Source of the DNA: Lama glama
Lineage: Eukaryota
NCBI GenBank assembly: GCA_028534125.1
Contig: CM052816.1
Coordinates: 37,822,001-37,886,000, forward strand
DNA length: 64,000 bases
Reading direction: 5' to 3'
Numbering within the stretch: the stretch's first letter is position 1; each line of letters starts with the position of its first letter. The notes below the pieces were generated by a model, which saw only the letters and a program-made list of their open reading frames with translations, had not been told where the DNA came from and did no database searches. Positions 63,081 to 64,000 of this stretch are shown in pieces. Made by a program: the position numbers and the translations under genes.

Positions 63081-64000
63081 ACAAGACTTTTGGAAATTAA
63101 ATTTATGCATTCCAAAACTGAATCTGTTATATGTCCCTCAACCATGAGGAGCAAATAGGTGAAGGAAAATTACTTAGGATACCAATACATTCTGTATGTC
63201 TACATTCTTGAAAGATTTTAAGGCTGGTTAAGAGGAGGCCAAAAGTTACCAGAGGTAAAAGATAAAAGCACAATGTTTCAGTACTCACATCATAAATATT
63301 TATTTTTTGAGTTAATAAATGGAATTAAGAGAGAAGATACACAAAATTAGGAGATGAACTATTATCTTTACCACAGAAAAGGACATCAGAATGGAAACTG
63401 GGCCCTTGATGATTCCAAGGACATAAAGATGTTTACGTTAGCACGCGGTATGGGAGCAAGGGTGGGGAGAAGACGAAGGCCAGTGGAACAACCTGGCAGG
63501 GCCGACACACTCTATTAAAGAGGCATTTTGTCACCACTGACCAGCTGACAGGTTCCCTCTCCTGAAGCATTTTATCCTAAATCTGGATCTCTGAATACCT
63601 GGTATTTTGGCTCCTTACTAATTTTAAAGTCTGTTTTATAGTACCCTCCATGCCAGCTTAGCCCAGCAAGGTGGAGACATCCCTTCCACGTCCTAGAAAC
63701 AGTCGTCTCTGTCTGTCTTGGTCCCTGTCTTACACACACCCGCCTCACCATCATCCTACGAGGCTTACTCTTGCCTCACTCTTAGCCCTGTATCAATCAA
63801 ATTTCAGGAAGACAGTGGGAACAGATTTACACATTGACAAAGAGTCACTTATTTTAGTAAGGATCATGAATTGGGGAGTTAAGTTGATCACGTCCTTCAA
63901 CCAAATCACCATCAACCTGATTATCATCATCAAGAACAGCTCACCTGAAAACTTTGGTAAAAAAAAAGAGTGGGGCTACATAACTTAAAAGACCACAGAG

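Overview
This is AT-rich, CpG-depleted, repeat-dense placental-mammal DNA, either intergenic or deep intronic. The young LINE-1 3' ends, and the absence of recognisable Alu/PRE/BOV/CAN-type SINEs, point to a cetartiodactyl, most likely a camelid (inference). I found no protein-coding gene I can recognise: every ORF in the track is a decayed LINE-1 piece, an antisense reading of a repeat, a microsatellite, or spurious. The window holds many L1s of different ages, L2/MIR relics, MaLR/ERVL/ERV1 LTRs, hAT DNA transposons and one false 500-N assembly gap. The most notable items are: (1) an ancient U6 snRNA/3'-L1 chimeric retrocopy with target-site duplication (~41.3-41.5 kb); (2) a twin-primed, 5'-inverted young L1 whose 3'UTR is replaced by ~290 bp of non-L1 polyadenylated sequence (~24.3-26.6 kb); (3) an orphan ERVL reverse-transcriptase fragment inside scrambled old L1; (4) a near-complete MLT1 provirus; (5) nested insertions; (6) a candidate promoter with three evenly spaced E-boxes; (7) a speculative set of + strand micro-exons. 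I do not see evidence for a genuinely new biological system. Repeat subfamily names come from recalled consensus similarity, and boundaries are approximate unless stated otherwise.
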